The notes beneath the pieces were generated by a model. The model ran no database searches and had not been told where the DNA came from. It was given only the letters and a program-made list of their open reading frames with translations. Source: Candidatus Eiseniibacteriota bacterium (GTDB lineage: Bacteria; Eisenbacteria; RBG-16-71-46). Taken from it: a DNA stretch of 64,000 nucleotides. Positions 52,951 through 64,000 of the stretch are shown here, piece by piece. A program made the translations under genes and the position numbers. Position 1 is the first letter of the stretch. Each line of letters starts with the position of its first letter. The DNA is taken from assembly GCA_963776245.1 (NCBI GenBank), contig CAVZLN010000009.1:1-64000 (forward strand), given 5' to 3'.

Positions 52951-53331
52951 TCAGCCGCGCCGAGCGCTCGCCCGACGGGGGCGCTCGTAGCGGGCGACCA
53001 CCGTCGTGGTGATCCCCCCGCGCACGTTGAAGCGCCCGATGACGCTCAGCCGCCGCGGCCTCATCGATTTCACCAGATCGTCCCGGACCTGGTTGGTGAC
53101 CTGTTCGAAGTAGTGCCCCTCGTCGCGGAACGACCACAGGTAGAGCTTGAGCGACTTGAGTTCGACGCAGAGCCGGTCGGGCACGTACGTCACCACGATG
53201 GTGCCGAAGTCGGGCTGGCCGGTGACCGGGCACACCGCGGTGAACTCCGGGCACTCGTGGCGGACGACGTAGTCACGGTCGGGGCTCGGATTGGCGAAGG
53301 TCACGAGCGTCCGGTCGGGCTTGCTGGGCAT
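52951..53331 (-). CDS. queF: preQ1 synthase (7-cyano-7-deazaguanine reductase)
   Basis: [32 protein letters not shown]. Confidence 0.95.
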   Translation of the reverse strand: MPSKPDRTLVTFANPSPDRDYVVRHECPEFTAVCPVTGQPDFGTIVVTYVPDRLCVELKSLKLYLWSFRDEGHYFEQVTNQVRDDLVKSMRPRRLSVIGRFNVRGGITTTVVARYERPRRASARRG

Positions 53332-53451
53332 GGGCTCTCCTGGTCATCGGGGCGCGCTCGGCGGCGCTCATCCCGTCCACGGCACCACACCGCGCGCATC
53401 GCGGTCAAGGGGCGGCATCTTCGCCTCGAGCAGACCCGCCCGATCGCGGGG

Positions 53452-53654
53452 GCCGGGGAGCGGGCCCGGATCCTCCGCGGTGCAATACCCACACGCACCG
53501 CTCCGGACCTGGGCCCGCTCCCCGGCTGGTGACTGGTCGTGGCCGGATCCTCCGCGGTGCAATGCCCACGCGCACGGCTCCGGACCGGGGCACACTCCCC
53601 GGCCTGTGCCTGGTCGCGCTCCCCGGCTGGTGCTTGGGCGTGGCCGGCTCCGCG
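53452..53654. repeat. 77-bp tandem duplication with a long hairpin in the queF-miaB intergenic region
   Basis: CCGGATCCTCCGCGGTGCAAT at 53466 and 53543; GCCGGGGAGCGGGCCC (53452) pairs with GGGCCCGCTCCCCGGC (53511-53526). Confidence 0.8.
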
Positions 53655-53678
53655 CTCGCGTGGTAATGTCGGCGCCCC

Positions 53679-55013
53679 ATGAAGCGCGTGTTCCTCGAGA
53701 CCTACGGCTGCCAGATGAACGTCGCCGACAGCGAGCTGATCGCCGGCGTGCTCGAGCGCGCCGGCCTCGAGCTGTGCGCCCGCGCCGAAGACGCCGATGC
53801 CGTGCTGCTCAACACCTGCGCCATCCGCGAGCACGCCGAGCAACGCGTGATCGGGCGGCTTGGCGACTTCGCGCGGCTCAAGAAGTCCAATCCGCATCTC
53901 GTTGTGGGCGTTGCCGGTTGCATGGCACAGCATCTGCGGTCCCGGCTCCTCGACCAGGCCGGCGTGCTGGACCTGGTGGTGGGCCCCGACGGCTACCGGC
54001 GGCTGCCCGAACTGCTCAGGCGCGCGGCGGACGAGCCGGTCGCCCACGTGCGACTGGACCGCGACGAGACCTACGGCGACCTCGAACCGAAACGGGAGAG
54101 CGGGGTGCGCGCGTGGGTGACCGTGCAGCGGGGGTGCGACCGATTCTGCACCTACTGCGTGGTCCCTTACACGCGCGGGCGCGAGCGGAGCCTGCCGCTC
54201 GCCGACCTGGTGCGCCAGGTGCGCGAGGCGGTGGCGCGCGGATTCCGTGAGGTCGTGCTGCTCGGGCAGACGGTGAACTCCTACCACGACGGCACCCACG
54301 ACTTCGCCGACCTGCTGCGCGCCACCGCCGAGGTGGAGGGCGTGCTGCGCATCCGCTACACCTCGCCCCACCCGTGCGACATGAGCGAACGCGTGATCGC
54401 GGCCATGGCCGAGTGCGACAAGGTATGCCCGCAGGCGCACCTGCCGCTCCAGTCGGGCTCGGACAGCGTGCTCGCGGCGATGCAGCGCACGTACACGCTG
54501 GCGCACTACCTCGACGTGGTCGCGCGCCTGCGCGCCGCCATCCCGGGGATCGCGCTGAGCACCGACCTGATCGCCGGCTTCCCCGGCGAGACCGACGACG
54601 ACTTCCAGCGCACGCTCGACGCGATGCACGAGGTGCGCTGGGACAGCGCGTTCCTGTTCAAGTACTCGGCGCGCCCCGACACCCGGGCGTTCGGGCGGGG
54701 CGAGACCCTATCGGAGGAGGAGAAGGGCCAGCGACTCACGCGGCTGATCGAGGCCCAGCACCGCATCTCGGGCGAGATCAACGACACCTGGCTCGGGCGC
54801 GAGGTCGAGGTGTTGATCGAGGGCGCCGCGCGCCGGGACGAGGCGCAGTTGTCCGGCAAGAGCCCGCACTTCAAGACCGTGGTGCTGCCCGACGACGGCA
54901 CGCCCGTGGGCGCGCTCAAGCGCGTGCGTGTGGTGGGCTCGACCCCGATCACCCTGTTCGGCGAGCCGCTCCCCGCGCGCGCCCGCGAACTGCCGCTGCT
55001 GCCGATCGGATAG
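53679..55013 (+). CDS. miaB: tRNA-2-methylthio-N6-dimethylallyladenosine synthase
   Basis: TYGCQMN, NTCAIRE, GCMAQ, CDRFCTYC radical-SAM motif, TRAM domain. Confidence 0.95.
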   Translation: MKRVFLETYGCQMNVADSELIAGVLERAGLELCARAEDADAVLLNTCAIREHAEQRVIGRLGDFARLKKSNPHLVVGVAGCMAQHLRSRLLDQAGVLDLVVGPDGYRRLPELLRRAADEPVAHVRLDRDETYGDLEPKRESGVRAWVTVQRGCDRFCTYCVVPYTRGRERSLPLADLVRQVREAVARGFREVVLLGQTVNSYHDGTHDFADLLRATAEVEGVLRIRYTSPHPCDMSERVIAAMAECDKVCPQAHLPLQSGSDSVLAAMQRTYTLAHYLDVVARLRAAIPGIALSTDLIAGFPGETDDDFQRTLDAMHEVRWDSAFLFKYSARPDTRAFGRGETLSEEEKGQRLTRLIEAQHRISGEINDTWLGREVEVLIEGAARRDEAQLSGKSPHFKTVVLPDDGTPVGALKRVRVVGSTPITLFGEPLPARARELPLLPIG

Positions 55014-55022
55014 GCGACCGCC

Positions 55023-55946
55023 TCAGCGCCCGGCGGCGCGCTCCCACGCGGCGAGCCCCGCGCCCACCACCCCGGCCCGATCGCCGAGGGACGCCGGCAC
55101 GATGCGCAGGCCACGGACGTGCGAGGCGAGCGCGTGACGCTCGACCGAGGCGCGCACCGGGACGAGCAGCGCCTCGCCCGCCTGGGCCACCCCACCACCC
55201 AGCACCACCACGTCGGGATCGAGCAGATTGACGGCGGCTCCGATCATGCGCCCGAGCTGATGCGCGAGGCGCGCGATCAGCGCGCGCGCCCGGGGATCGC
55301 CGGACTGGGCCAGGGCGAAGACCGCGCGCGCGTCCGCCACGTCGAGTCCCGCCTCACGAGCCGCGGCCACCAGCCCCTCGCCCGCCGCCTCGGGCTCGAC
55401 GCAGCCGTCCACCCCGCACGCGCACGCCACGCCGCCGCCCCCGAGGGGCAGGTGCCCGATCTCCCCAGCGCCCCCGCGCGCGCCGCGCAGCACCCGGCCG
55501 TCGACCACGATGCCGCACCCGACGCCGGTGCCGACCGTGATGGTGAGCGACACGCGAGCGCCGCGCGCGGCACCCAGGTGATGCTCGGCGAGCGCGGCGA
55601 AGTTGGCGTCGTTGTCCACCGCGACCGGGAGTGCGAGCCGTCCCTCCAGCTCGGCGCGGAGCGGCAGCCCGTTCCAGTGGGGCAGGTGCGCCGTGGTGCC
55701 GACCATGGCGCCGCTGCCGGGATCGATGACCCCCGGCGAGCCGAGTCCGGCGGCGCGCACCGGCACCTCAGCCAGCGCGCGGAGCCGCGCGGCGGCCGCG
55801 GCGATCGCGTCGAGCGGCGGCACCGGCCCTTCCCCCACGCGCGACGGCGCGCGCGCGAGATGGCGCATGGCGCCGTCCTCGTCCACCAGCGCGGACTTGA
55901 GGTCGGTGCCACCGAGGTCGAAGGCGAGCACGCAGGCAGGTGTCAT
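55023..55946 (-). CDS. ROK family sugar kinase
   Basis: DLGGT, DNDAN, GTGVG, GEIGH, CACG...C. Confidence 0.9.
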   Translation of the reverse strand: MTPACVLAFDLGGTDLKSALVDEDGAMRHLARAPSRVGEGPVPPLDAIAAAAARLRALAEVPVRAAGLGSPGVIDPGSGAMVGTTAHLPHWNGLPLRAELEGRLALPVAVDNDANFAALAEHHLGAARGARVSLTITVGTGVGCGIVVDGRVLRGARGGAGEIGHLPLGGGGVACACGVDGCVEPEAAGEGLVAAAREAGLDVADARAVFALAQSGDPRARALIARLAHQLGRMIGAAVNLLDPDVVVLGGGVAQAGEALLVPVRASVERHALASHVRGLRIVPASLGDRAGVVGAGLAAWERAAGR

Positions 55947-56065
55947 GGCCGGCACCTTAGCACGCGCCCACGCCGTTCCGGCCGCCGGCCACGTCCGGGG
56001 CCCCGAGTCCGCGGCGCGAGGGAGGATGCTGGACCGCGCGCGCGCCAGCGTGTCAGAGTGCGCCG

Positions 56066-58495
56066 ATGCGATGGCTCCCGTTCACGGTCCTCTTCGCCGC
56101 GGTCGCGCTGGTGGCGATCCCGGCCGACACGTCGGTGGGCGACCCCGATGGGCCGCTCCCGGCCGTCGGCGAGGCCGGGAACCTCACGCTGGCCGGGCTC
56201 GCGGCCCCCGCGGAGATCGTCACCGACCGCTGGGGCATCCCCCACCTGCGCGCCCAGAACCTCCCGGACCTCTACCTGGTGTGGGGGTTCGTCTCCGCGC
56301 GCGATCGGCTGTGGCAGCTCGAGCGCGCGCGCCGCGCGGCGCGCGGCCGGCTGTGGGAATGGGCGGGCAACACCACCCTCGAGGCGGACGGTGGCGCTCA
56401 GCTGTTCCGGCTCCGCGAGCGTGCCGCGGCCATCTGGGAGCGCGAGCGCCACCAGCCCGCCACGCGCGAGCCGCTCGAACGCTTCGCCGCGGGCGTGAAC
56501 GCCTATCTCGCGCTCTGCCGCCGGGGCGCGGCGCCGTGGCCGCCCGAGTTCACGCGCCTCGGTCACACACCCGAGGACTGGCGCCCCGAGGACAGCTTCC
56601 TGCTGCTGCTCGGCATGGGGATCACCCTCGACCTCGACCTGCCCGAGCTGCGCGAGGCGCGCGAGCTCGAGCAGCGCGACGCGGCGCGGATCGCGGAGCG
56701 GCGGCGGTTCGAGGGCCGCTGGATCTACGACACCATCCCCGACAGCGCGGCGCGTCGCGTCGAAGCGGGCGTCCGCGCTGCCCCGCGCTCCCCAGTCCGC
56801 GCCGGCCGCGTGGCGCTCCCGCCCGGCATGCTTGAAGGCGCCGACCGCGCGCTCTTGGCGCTCGCCCGGCCACCCGACGACGATGGCGCGCTGCGGGCCA
56901 GCAACGTGTTCGCCGTCGGCCCGCGCCGCAGCGCCTCGGGCGCTCCGCTGCTCGCCAACGACCCGCACCTCTCCCTCGCCACGCCCGGGCCGTTCCACGT
57001 CGTGCACGTGTGCGTGCCCGGCGTGGTGGACGCGGCCGGCGCGTGCATCCCCGGACTGCCGGCGATCGTCAGCGGTCGCAATCGCGAGTGCGCCTGGGGC
57101 GTCACCGCGCTCTCGGCCGACGTCGTGGACGTGTACGCCGACACGCTCTCGGCGGACGGCCGGCGCGTGCGCGGGAAGGACGGCTGGGCCCCAGTGGTCG
57201 AACGGCCGTTCGACCTGCGGTACCGCTTCCTCGGCATGCCCATACCTCCGTTCGGCCAGCTGCGCCGGTACACCTCGCACGGCCCGGTGGTGGCGTTCGA
57301 CCGCCGTCACCGGCTGGCGCTCAGCTTGCGCTGGACCGCGTTCGAGGACGACCGCATCACGCTCACGCGGATGCTGGGCGTGGAGCGCTCGCGCGACGCC
57401 GCCGAGGTGGCGGCGCGCTTCGCGACGCTGGTGACGCCCACGCTCAACCTGGTGGCCGCCGACCGCGGCGGTCACGTGCTCTATCGGGCGTGCGGCCTGC
57501 TGCCGCGGCGCGCCGCGGATCCCGGGCCCGGTCCGCTGCCGGGCGACGGGCGCCACGAGTGGCTGGGGTTCCTCGACACCGCCGACATGCCGGCGTGGGA
57601 AGTGCCGGCCGAGGGCGTGGTGGTGAATGCCAACAACCGCCCGGAGCGCCCGGTGTTCCCGGTGGCGCTGCCGCGCTTCGACTGGGCGCACGACCGTGCG
57701 CTGCGCATCTCCCGGAGGCTGGCCGGCGACCCGTCGATCACCCTCGCCGACCTGCGCAGCGTGCAGAACGACGTGTACTCCACCATGGCGTCACGCTTCG
57801 TGCCGCGCCTGGTGGCGTGCGCGGACTCGGCGCGCGGGCGGCTCTCGCCCCGCGCGCGCGCCGCGCTCGACACGCTGCGGGCCTGGGACTTCCAGGCGCG
57901 CCGGCCGCGCGTGGCGCCGACCCTGTGGCGCGCGTGGTACGCGGCCCTGGCGCGACGATGGGGGCTCGAGGGGCTGCCCGGGCGCATGCTCGCCACCCTC
58001 GACGGCGAGGCGAGCGAGACTCCCGCCCTCACCGCGGTGACCGAGTCCCCCGCGCGGGCGGCCGCCGCCTCGCTCGACACCGCGCTGGTCGATCTCGAGC
58101 GTCTGCTCGGTCCGGATCTCGCGACCTGGACGTGGTCGCGGGCTCATCGCGCGCGCTTCCCGCGGGATCTCGAGCGCTGGTTCCCGGACGAGCCCCGGTG
58201 GCGCACCGCGAGCGTGCCGGTGGACGGCGACAACTCCTCGCCGTGCGTGGCGCCCTCGCGGCTGCCGCGCTCCATCGCGGTCGTCCACGGCCCGGTGTTC
58301 CGGCACCTGGTGGATCTCGCGGTCGCCGATTCGTCGCTCGCGGTGGTGCCGCCCGCGAACGCGGCGCCCGGCGCGCGCGGGGCCGCGGATCTGGCGTCCG
58401 CGTGGGCGAACCACGGCTACGTGCCGCTGTTCCTCGACGGCCCGCGGGTGGCGAGGGTGGCGCGCGGGCGCCTCGCGCTCATCCCCGCCCGCTGA
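56066..58495 (+). CDS. Penicillin acylase family Ntn-hydrolase
   Basis: DRWGIPH, DRLWQ, ASNVFAV, LLANDPHL, NANN. Confidence 0.9.
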   Translation: MRWLPFTVLFAAVALVAIPADTSVGDPDGPLPAVGEAGNLTLAGLAAPAEIVTDRWGIPHLRAQNLPDLYLVWGFVSARDRLWQLERARRAARGRLWEWAGNTTLEADGGAQLFRLRERAAAIWERERHQPATREPLERFAAGVNAYLALCRRGAAPWPPEFTRLGHTPEDWRPEDSFLLLLGMGITLDLDLPELREARELEQRDAARIAERRRFEGRWIYDTIPDSAARRVEAGVRAAPRSPVRAGRVALPPGMLEGADRALLALARPPDDDGALRASNVFAVGPRRSASGAPLLANDPHLSLATPGPFHVVHVCVPGVVDAAGACIPGLPAIVSGRNRECAWGVTALSADVVDVYADTLSADGRRVRGKDGWAPVVERPFDLRYRFLGMPIPPFGQLRRYTSHGPVVAFDRRHRLALSLRWTAFEDDRITLTRMLGVERSRDAAEVAARFATLVTPTLNLVAADRGGHVLYRACGLLPRRAADPGPGPLPGDGRHEWLGFLDTADMPAWEVPAEGVVVNANNRPERPVFPVALPRFDWAHDRALRISRRLAGDPSITLADLRSVQNDVYSTMASRFVPRLVACADSARGRLSPRARAALDTLRAWDFQARRPRVAPTLWRAWYAALARRWGLEGLPGRMLATLDGEASETPALTAVTESPARAAAASLDTALVDLERLLGPDLATWTWSRAHRARFPRDLERWFPDEPRWRTASVPVDGDNSSPCVAPSRLPRSIAVVHGPVFRHLVDLAVADSSLAVVPPANAAPGARGAADLASAWANHGYVPLFLDGPRVARVARGRLALIPAR

Positions 58496-58508
58496 GCGAC
58501 GACCCGCC

Positions 58509-60644
58509 TCAGTACGCCGCGAGCTCCCGGATCGCGCGCAGCATGGTGTCCTTCTGCGGCAGGATGACGTCCTCGAGCGTGGGCGCGTAGGCCACCGGCG
58601 TGTCGAGCGCGCCCACCCGCACCACCGGCGCGTCGAGGTCCGTGAAGCACTCCGCGGCCACCCGCGCCGCGACCTCGGCGCCGAAACCGCAGAACAGCGT
58701 GTCCTCGTGCGCCACGATCAGCCGGCCGGTCTTCTTCACCGAGCGTGCCACCGCCGCGAAATCCAGCGGCTGGATGGTGCGCAGGTCGAGCACCTCGGTG
58801 TCGATGCCCTCCTCGGCCAGCTCCTGGGCCGCGAGGTAGGTGCGCTGGACCAGCGCGCCGTAGGTCACCACGGTCACGTCGCCGCCCTCGCGCACCACGC
58901 GCGCGCGCCCGAAGGGCACGGTGTACTCGGGCCCCGGGTACGGCCGCTTGGCGTAGGGCTGGCGGTAGAGGTGCTTGTGCTCGAGGAACAGCACCGGATC
59001 CTCGCTGCGCAGCGCCGTGCGCATCAGGCCGGCGGCGTCGAGCGCGTTGCTGGGGATGACCACCCGCAGCCCCGGGCAGTGCGCGAAGATGCTCTCGCCG
59101 CACTGGCTGTGGTATGGGGCGCCGCCGCGCAGGTAGCCGCCGTAGGCGCTGCGGATGATCACCGGGCACGAGAAGGCGTTATTCGAGCGGTACCGCATGT
59201 AGCCCAGCTCGTCGCGGATCTGCATCATCGCGGGCCAGATGTAGTCGAAGAACTGGATCTCGACCACGGGCCGCAGGCCGAGCGTGGCAAGCCCGATGGC
59301 GCGCCCGACGATATTGGCCTCGGCGAGCGGCGAGTTGTACACGCGCTTCCCGCCGAACTGTTTCTGCAGTCCCCAGGTGACGCCGAACACCCCGCCCTTG
59401 CCCTTGATGTCCCCCAGCACCGACTCGTCGGAGGCGTCTGCGACGTCCTCGCCGAACACCAGGATGCGCGCGTCACGCTTCATCTCGTCGCGCAGGCAGT
59501 AGTTGATGCTCTGCAGCATGGTCTCGGCCGAGTCCGCGTTGCTGGGCTGCGGCTCGCTCACGAACCGGTCCGACGTGGGATCCACGTCCGGCGAGAACAC
59601 GTACAGCGCCGCGGTGTGCACCCCGGGCTGGGAGGACGTCTGCGCCTCCTCGCTGGCCTGGCGCAGCGCCGCGTCGACCTCCTCGTGCAGCTCGCGGCGC
59701 GCGGCCTCGTCGAGCGCCCCCTCCCGCTCGAGGAAGCCGGCGAAGGTCCGCAGGCAATCCTGTTCGGCCTCGGCCTCGCGCAGGTGCTTCGGCTTGTACT
59801 TGGTCTCGTCGTCCGACATCGAGTGCGAGTACGGACGCGTGACCCGGGCGCGCACGAACGCGGGGCCCTTGCGCTGGCGGCAGTGCGCGATCGCGTCCCG
59901 CAGCGCGGCGGTCGAGGCGATCGGGTCGCTGCCGTCCACATCGCCGGTCCAGTGCAGGTTCGGGAACCCCTTCACCAGCTGCGCGATGTCCCCGCCCGCG
60001 GTCTGCACGCTGACCGGCACCGAGATGGCGTAGCCGTTGTCCTCGATCAGGAACAGCACCGGCAGGCGCAGATTGCACGCGGTATTGAGCGCCTCCCAGA
60101 ACTCGCCCTCGCTGGTGGTGCCGTCGCCGCCGCTGACGTACACCACCTCGTCGCCGGTGACGCGGCCCTTCAGCGACGGGTACTCGCCCTCGAGTTCGTG
60201 GTACTTGAGCAGCGCCTCGGCGGCGCCGACCGCCTGCAGGAACTGGGTCCCCGTCGGGCTCGATTGCGACACGATGTTCAGGCGCTGGTGCCCCCAGTGG
60301 CTCGGCATCTGGCGGCCGCCCGAATTCGGGTCCTCGGCCGCCGCGACGGCGGAGAGCAGCATCTCCCTGGGGGTCATGCCGAGCTGCAGGCAGAGCGCGC
60401 GATCGCGGTAGTAGGGGTAGAACCAGTCCTGGCCGGGCCTCAGCAGCCGCCCCGCCGCCGCGAGCACCGCCTCGTGCCCGGCGCCCGAGATCTGGAAGAA
60501 GATCTTGTCGAGCTTCTTGAGCCGGATCTCCTCGTCGTCCACGCGGCGCGAGGTGTACATGGTGCGGTACAGGCCGACGAGGTCCGCCCGCGACAGGCCC
60601 TGGTGCGGGGTCGCCGGGGTCACGTGGGCGCGCGGGGCCGCCAT
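58509..60644 (-). CDS. 2-oxoacid (2-oxoisovalerate-type) dehydrogenase E1, fused alpha/beta
   Basis: [43 protein letters not shown]. Confidence 0.93.
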   Translation of the reverse strand: MAAPRAHVTPATPHQGLSRADLVGLYRTMYTSRRVDDEEIRLKKLDKIFFQISGAGHEAVLAAAGRLLRPGQDWFYPYYRDRALCLQLGMTPREMLLSAVAAAEDPNSGGRQMPSHWGHQRLNIVSQSSPTGTQFLQAVGAAEALLKYHELEGEYPSLKGRVTGDEVVYVSGGDGTTSEGEFWEALNTACNLRLPVLFLIEDNGYAISVPVSVQTAGGDIAQLVKGFPNLHWTGDVDGSDPIASTAALRDAIAHCRQRKGPAFVRARVTRPYSHSMSDDETKYKPKHLREAEAEQDCLRTFAGFLEREGALDEAARRELHEEVDAALRQASEEAQTSSQPGVHTAALYVFSPDVDPTSDRFVSEPQPSNADSAETMLQSINYCLRDEMKRDARILVFGEDVADASDESVLGDIKGKGGVFGVTWGLQKQFGGKRVYNSPLAEANIVGRAIGLATLGLRPVVEIQFFDYIWPAMMQIRDELGYMRYRSNNAFSCPVIIRSAYGGYLRGGAPYHSQCGESIFAHCPGLRVVIPSNALDAAGLMRTALRSEDPVLFLEHKHLYRQPYAKRPYPGPEYTVPFGRARVVREGGDVTVVTYGALVQRTYLAAQELAEEGIDTEVLDLRTIQPLDFAAVARSVKKTGRLIVAHEDTLFCGFGAEVAARVAAECFTDLDAPVVRVGALDTPVAYAPTLEDVILPQKDTMLRAIRELAAY

Positions 60645-60820
60645 GGCGGGGTCTCCTAGGGGTCCGGGGGTGGGGAACGACCGCGGCAGCCTACCCGAGC
60701 AGGGCGCGGCGCATCAACCGACCGACGGGCCGGGTCGCGCGCATCGGCAGTCAGGTGGCGTGGGCTGGACGGCCGCGGCCGCGGCGCCGCGGGTGGACCG
60801 CACCGGAGCGCCGGCGCGGA

Positions 60821-61591
60821 TCACGAGGCGATGGGAAGCCGGCGCCCGTTCGGCTCGAACAGCGGGCTGCGACGCAGGCCCCAACGATGAAGCCGGTACG
60901 ACACCGCGGTCGCGAGGACGCCCATGCCGTACACCACCGAGCGCCGGAAGTTGATGCTCGACGCCTCCGGGAAGTACTTCGCCGGGCAGCTGATCTCGCC
61001 GATCCGGAACCCGAAGGCCGCCGCCTGCGCCAGCATCTGGTTGTCGAAGACGAAGTCGTCGGAGTTCTCCTCCAATGGCAGGGTCTCCAGGAGCCTGCGA
61101 TTGAAGGCGCGATAGCCGGTGTGATACTCGGAGAGCTTGGTGCCCAGCAGGATGTTCTCGACCAGGGTGAGAAGGCGGTTGGCCACGAACTTGTACAGTG
61201 GCATCCCGCCCTTGAGGGCGCCCTCGGTGCCCAGGATCCGCGACCCCAACACGGCGTCGAACTCCTCGGAGGCCACCAGCCACGCCATCGCGCCGATCAG
61301 CCTGGGCGAGTACTGGTAGTCGGGGTGCAGCATGATCACGATGTCCGCGCCCCGCCTCAGGGCCTCCGCGTAGCACGTCTTCTGATTCCCGCCATACCCC
61401 GGTTCACCGGGTGCACGAGCGCGGGGATGCCGTGCTGGCGCGCCACCTCGACGGTGTTGTCCTGCGAGGCGTCGTCCACCAGGAGGAACTGGTCGACCAC
61501 CCCCGGCGGGATCTCCGCGAGGGTCGGGCCCCAGGGTCTTGGCGGCGTTGTAGGCGGGCAGGACCACCATGATATTCTTGCCATTGATCAC
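60821..61591 (-). CDS. GT2 glycosyltransferase (Dol-P-Man synthase-like); compensating frameshifts near 61530 and 61400
   Basis: [15 protein letters not shown] (other frame), [25 protein letters not shown]. Confidence 0.88.
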   Translation of the reverse strand: MINGKNIMVVLPAYNAAKTLGPDPRGDPAGGGRPVPPGGRRLAGQHRRGGAPARHPRARAPGEPGYGGNQKTCYAEALRRGADIVIMLHPDYQYSPRLIGAMAWLVASEEFDAVLGSRILGTEGALKGGMPLYKFVANRLLTLVENILLGTKLSEYHTGYRAFNRRLLETLPLEENSDDFVFDNQMLAQAAAFGFRIGEISCPAKYFPEASSINFRRSVVYGMGVLATAVSYRLHRWGLRRSPLFEPNGRRLPIAS

Positions 61592-61723
61592 GATGCTGAC
61601 CTCGACGCTGCGGTGTCTGCGAGGGAGGTATCGGAAGCACCTGAGCCACGAATCGCCAGCACGATAGTAGCAGGGCGGGTGTGCCCACACCATGTGTTCG
61701 ATCCCGGTCCAGGGAGTTCCGAG

Positions 61724-63443
61724 ATGACCACCGACTCGATCCACCGGCGCCGCGGGCGTCGAGCTCCGCTCCCGCGCGCGACCGGACCCGCAGGGCGCGA
61801 AGGTCTCGCGCGGGCTGCTGGGCTGGGCCCTGCTCGTCCCGCTCGTCCACCTCCCGCTCGTGGTGGTGGGGGAACTCCCTTCGCCCTGGATGCTGACGCT
61901 GCTGGCGAGCGGCACCGCGCTCGCGATCTCGGTCCCCTTCGCTCTCGCGCGGTCGCGCGTGCTCGACGGTCTCGCCGCGGCGACTCGGTCGCCGGGCGGT
62001 CGCCCTGCTGTGGACGGGGATCGCTGGCGTACATCGCCGCCTCGATCGGCCGGGCCGCGTGGGGACTCGCGCGGTTCGAGGACTACACGCAACTCGGGAT
62101 GTTCAACCAATCGATGTGGACCACCCTGCGCGGGTACCTGTTCGCGAACACCGCCCACACCAGCGACGGCACGATGTGCAGTCACTTCGGGGTCCACTTC
62201 TCGCCGACCCTGCTCCCGCTCGCGCTCCCCTATGCGCTGTGGCCGACGGCGCTCACCATGCAGGCCGCGAACGCCATCGCCCTCGGCCTCATCCCGCTGC
62301 CCTTGTTCGCCCTGCTCAAGGACCGGACCGGCCGCGGCGCGGCCGTGGTCCTCGCACTCGCCGCGCTCCTGGTCCCGAACTTCATCGTCGCCGGGGCCCG
62401 CGACATGCGCTACGCGGGGTTCCTGCCGGTGCTGCTCTTCACCGCCGTCTGGGCCCTCGAGACGCGCCGTTGGCCCGCCCTGTGGATCGCCTCCGTCGCC
62501 GCCCTCGGCGTGCGAGAGGACACCGGACTCGTGATCATCTTCCTCGGGCTCTACGCCTTCGTCCGTGGACACGCGAGGAGCGTGGCGCTCGGTCTGGTCG
62601 CCCTCGGCGCGGGGTGGTTCGTGGTTGTGACCAGTCTCGTGATGCCCCGCCTGGGCACGCCCAGCCTGATGTGGGGTCCCGGGGACTTCATGGGCCTGAT
62701 CTTCGGGAGATGGGGCCGTACCCCGGGGCTCGCGCTGGTGAGCATGGTGACCCATCCGTCCGAGCTGATGCGCGGGCTGCCGTACTCCGAGATCGCGCGC
62801 TACCTCTACGCGCTGTTCCTCCCACTGCTGGGGATCCCCGCCTTCTCCGACTGGCTGATCCTCCCGGCGCTGCCGGGGCTGGGAGTGAACATGCTGTCCG
62901 CCTGGCCCTGGATGCGTTCCCCGGCCTTCCAGTACTCCATGGTCCCGATCACGTTCGGCACGCTCGCGGCGTTCCAGGCTGCCGCGAGGCTCGGCGCGCG
63001 GGCGACCGAAGCGCGGCGCGAGGCGACGTGCCTCGCGGCCGCGGTGGTGATCCTGTGCGGGCTCGCGCCCTCGCTGGGCATGCTGGGGGCGGGTGGGAAA
63101 GCGCCCGCGCCCCCGGTGGAGGCCGCCCGCGCCATGGTCCGCGCGATCCCCCGGGAGGGTTCCCTCGTCATGCCCGGCGTGTTCTATCCCCACCTCGGTG
63201 GGCGCCTGAAGGTCGGTCTGCCCGGGAGCGTGGGACGAGCACATCCTCGACCCCGGCTTCCGACGGGGATACGAGTACGTGCTGGTCTGGCGCGGTCTGG
63301 GGATGACCGACACGCCTTTCGACAGCCTGCTCGCCGCGGCGATGCCCGACGATCCCGGCTTCGAGGTGGTGCGCACCGATGGCCCGCTGGTGCTCTATCG
63401 GAACCGGTTCGCGCCGGGCCCGGGCCGCGGGCCGAGGCCCTGA
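61724..63443 (+). CDS. DUF2079-like multi-TM membrane protein (frameshifted)
   Basis: [26 protein letters not shown]; ends approximate. Confidence 0.7.
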
Positions 63444-63447
63444 GCCC

Positions 63448-64000
63448 TCAGTACCCTTGCGCGCAACCGTCCTTGCGCTTCTCGGTCGCCCCGGCGTAGT
63501 GGCCGGTGGCAGGATCGCGCCAGATGGCCTGATAACCGCCGTAGGCGCCGACCGGCTCGGGTGTGAGCACGTGGCCGCGGCGCTTGAGCTCGTCGAGCAC
63601 CGCCGCGGGCAGACCGTCCTCGAGGTGCAGCTCGCCCCCGTCCGTCATCACCGTGCCGGTGGGCTCGCTCGAGCCGGTGTGATGGAAGCGCAGGGCATCC
63701 CCCACTTCCTGCAGGTTCATGCCGAAGTCCACCAGGTTCACGATCACCTGCGCGTGACCCTGCGGCTGCATGTCGCCGCCCATCAGCCCGAACGCCATCA
63801 GCGGCTGGCCGTCGCGGGTCACGAACGCGGGGATGATGGTCTGGAAGGGACGCTTGCCGGGTTCGAGTCGATTGGGATGGCCGTCGTGGAGCGAGAACAG
63901 CGCGCCGCGGTCCTGGAGGCCGAAGCCCAGCTCGGGCACGACGTAGCCGCTGCCGAAGCCGGTGTAGTTGCTCTGGATGAGCGACACCATCATGCCATCC
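63448..64000 (-). CDS. ggt: Gamma-glutamyltransferase, C-terminal part
   Basis: SLIQSNY.GFGSG, KRPFQTIIP, MGGDMQPQGH, RKDGCAQGY. Confidence 0.9.
   Translation of the reverse strand, partial: DGMMVSLIQSNYTGFGSGYVVPELGFGLQDRGALFSLHDGHPNRLEPGKRPFQTIIPAFVTRDGQPLMAFGLMGGDMQPQGHAQVIVNLVDFGMNLQEVGDALRFHHTGSSEPTGTVMTDGGELHLEDGLPAAVLDELKRRGHVLTPEPVGAYGGYQAIWRDPATGHYAGATEKRKDGCAQGY

Noticed and set aside
53332..53460. preQ1 riboswitch upstream of queF
   Set aside because: No recognisable preQ1 loop or A-rich tail.

Overview
High-GC bacterial window. Its secreted proteins end in TWGxxKxxYR, which suggests Ca. Eisenbacteria or a relative (inference). 1-6.7 kb is a heavily frameshifted 2-oxoacid:ferredoxin oxidoreductase / NADPH-oxidoreductase cluster that joins abruptly at about 6712 to a headless SPOR gene, probably a misjoin or deletion. 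tRNA-Glu(TTC) at 7305-7380 is followed by an accessory region. Its first 5.7 kb is cut into three 1-2-gene, integrase-less modules, each closed by a 96-nt ungapped repeat containing the tRNA 3' end. Each repeat encodes a start-less 30-aa tail on the minus strand (LASPTI..SNRL..W...D.LR..I..AA*) and has a GGTTCGAA motif shifted 5 bp relative to the tRNA. This fits large-serine-recombinase attP arms and an integration-dependent C-terminal switch, and is the main candidate novel system. The window also has an IS3-family (IS2-like) element, three TWGxxKxxYR C-termini (candidate sorting signal), a MacAB-TolC-type exporter, a TlpA-DUF4266-DUF3570-ApbE flavinylation cluster, a sigma54-led minor pilin/PilY1 operon next to three GT-C glycosyltransferases, ald, a CoA-transferase, a type III PKS with methyltransferase, a PP2C sensor, queF/miaB separated by a duplicated hairpin, ROK, penicillin acylase, fused E1, GT2, DUF2079-like and GGT genes. 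All family calls are by eye from motifs; no searches were run.
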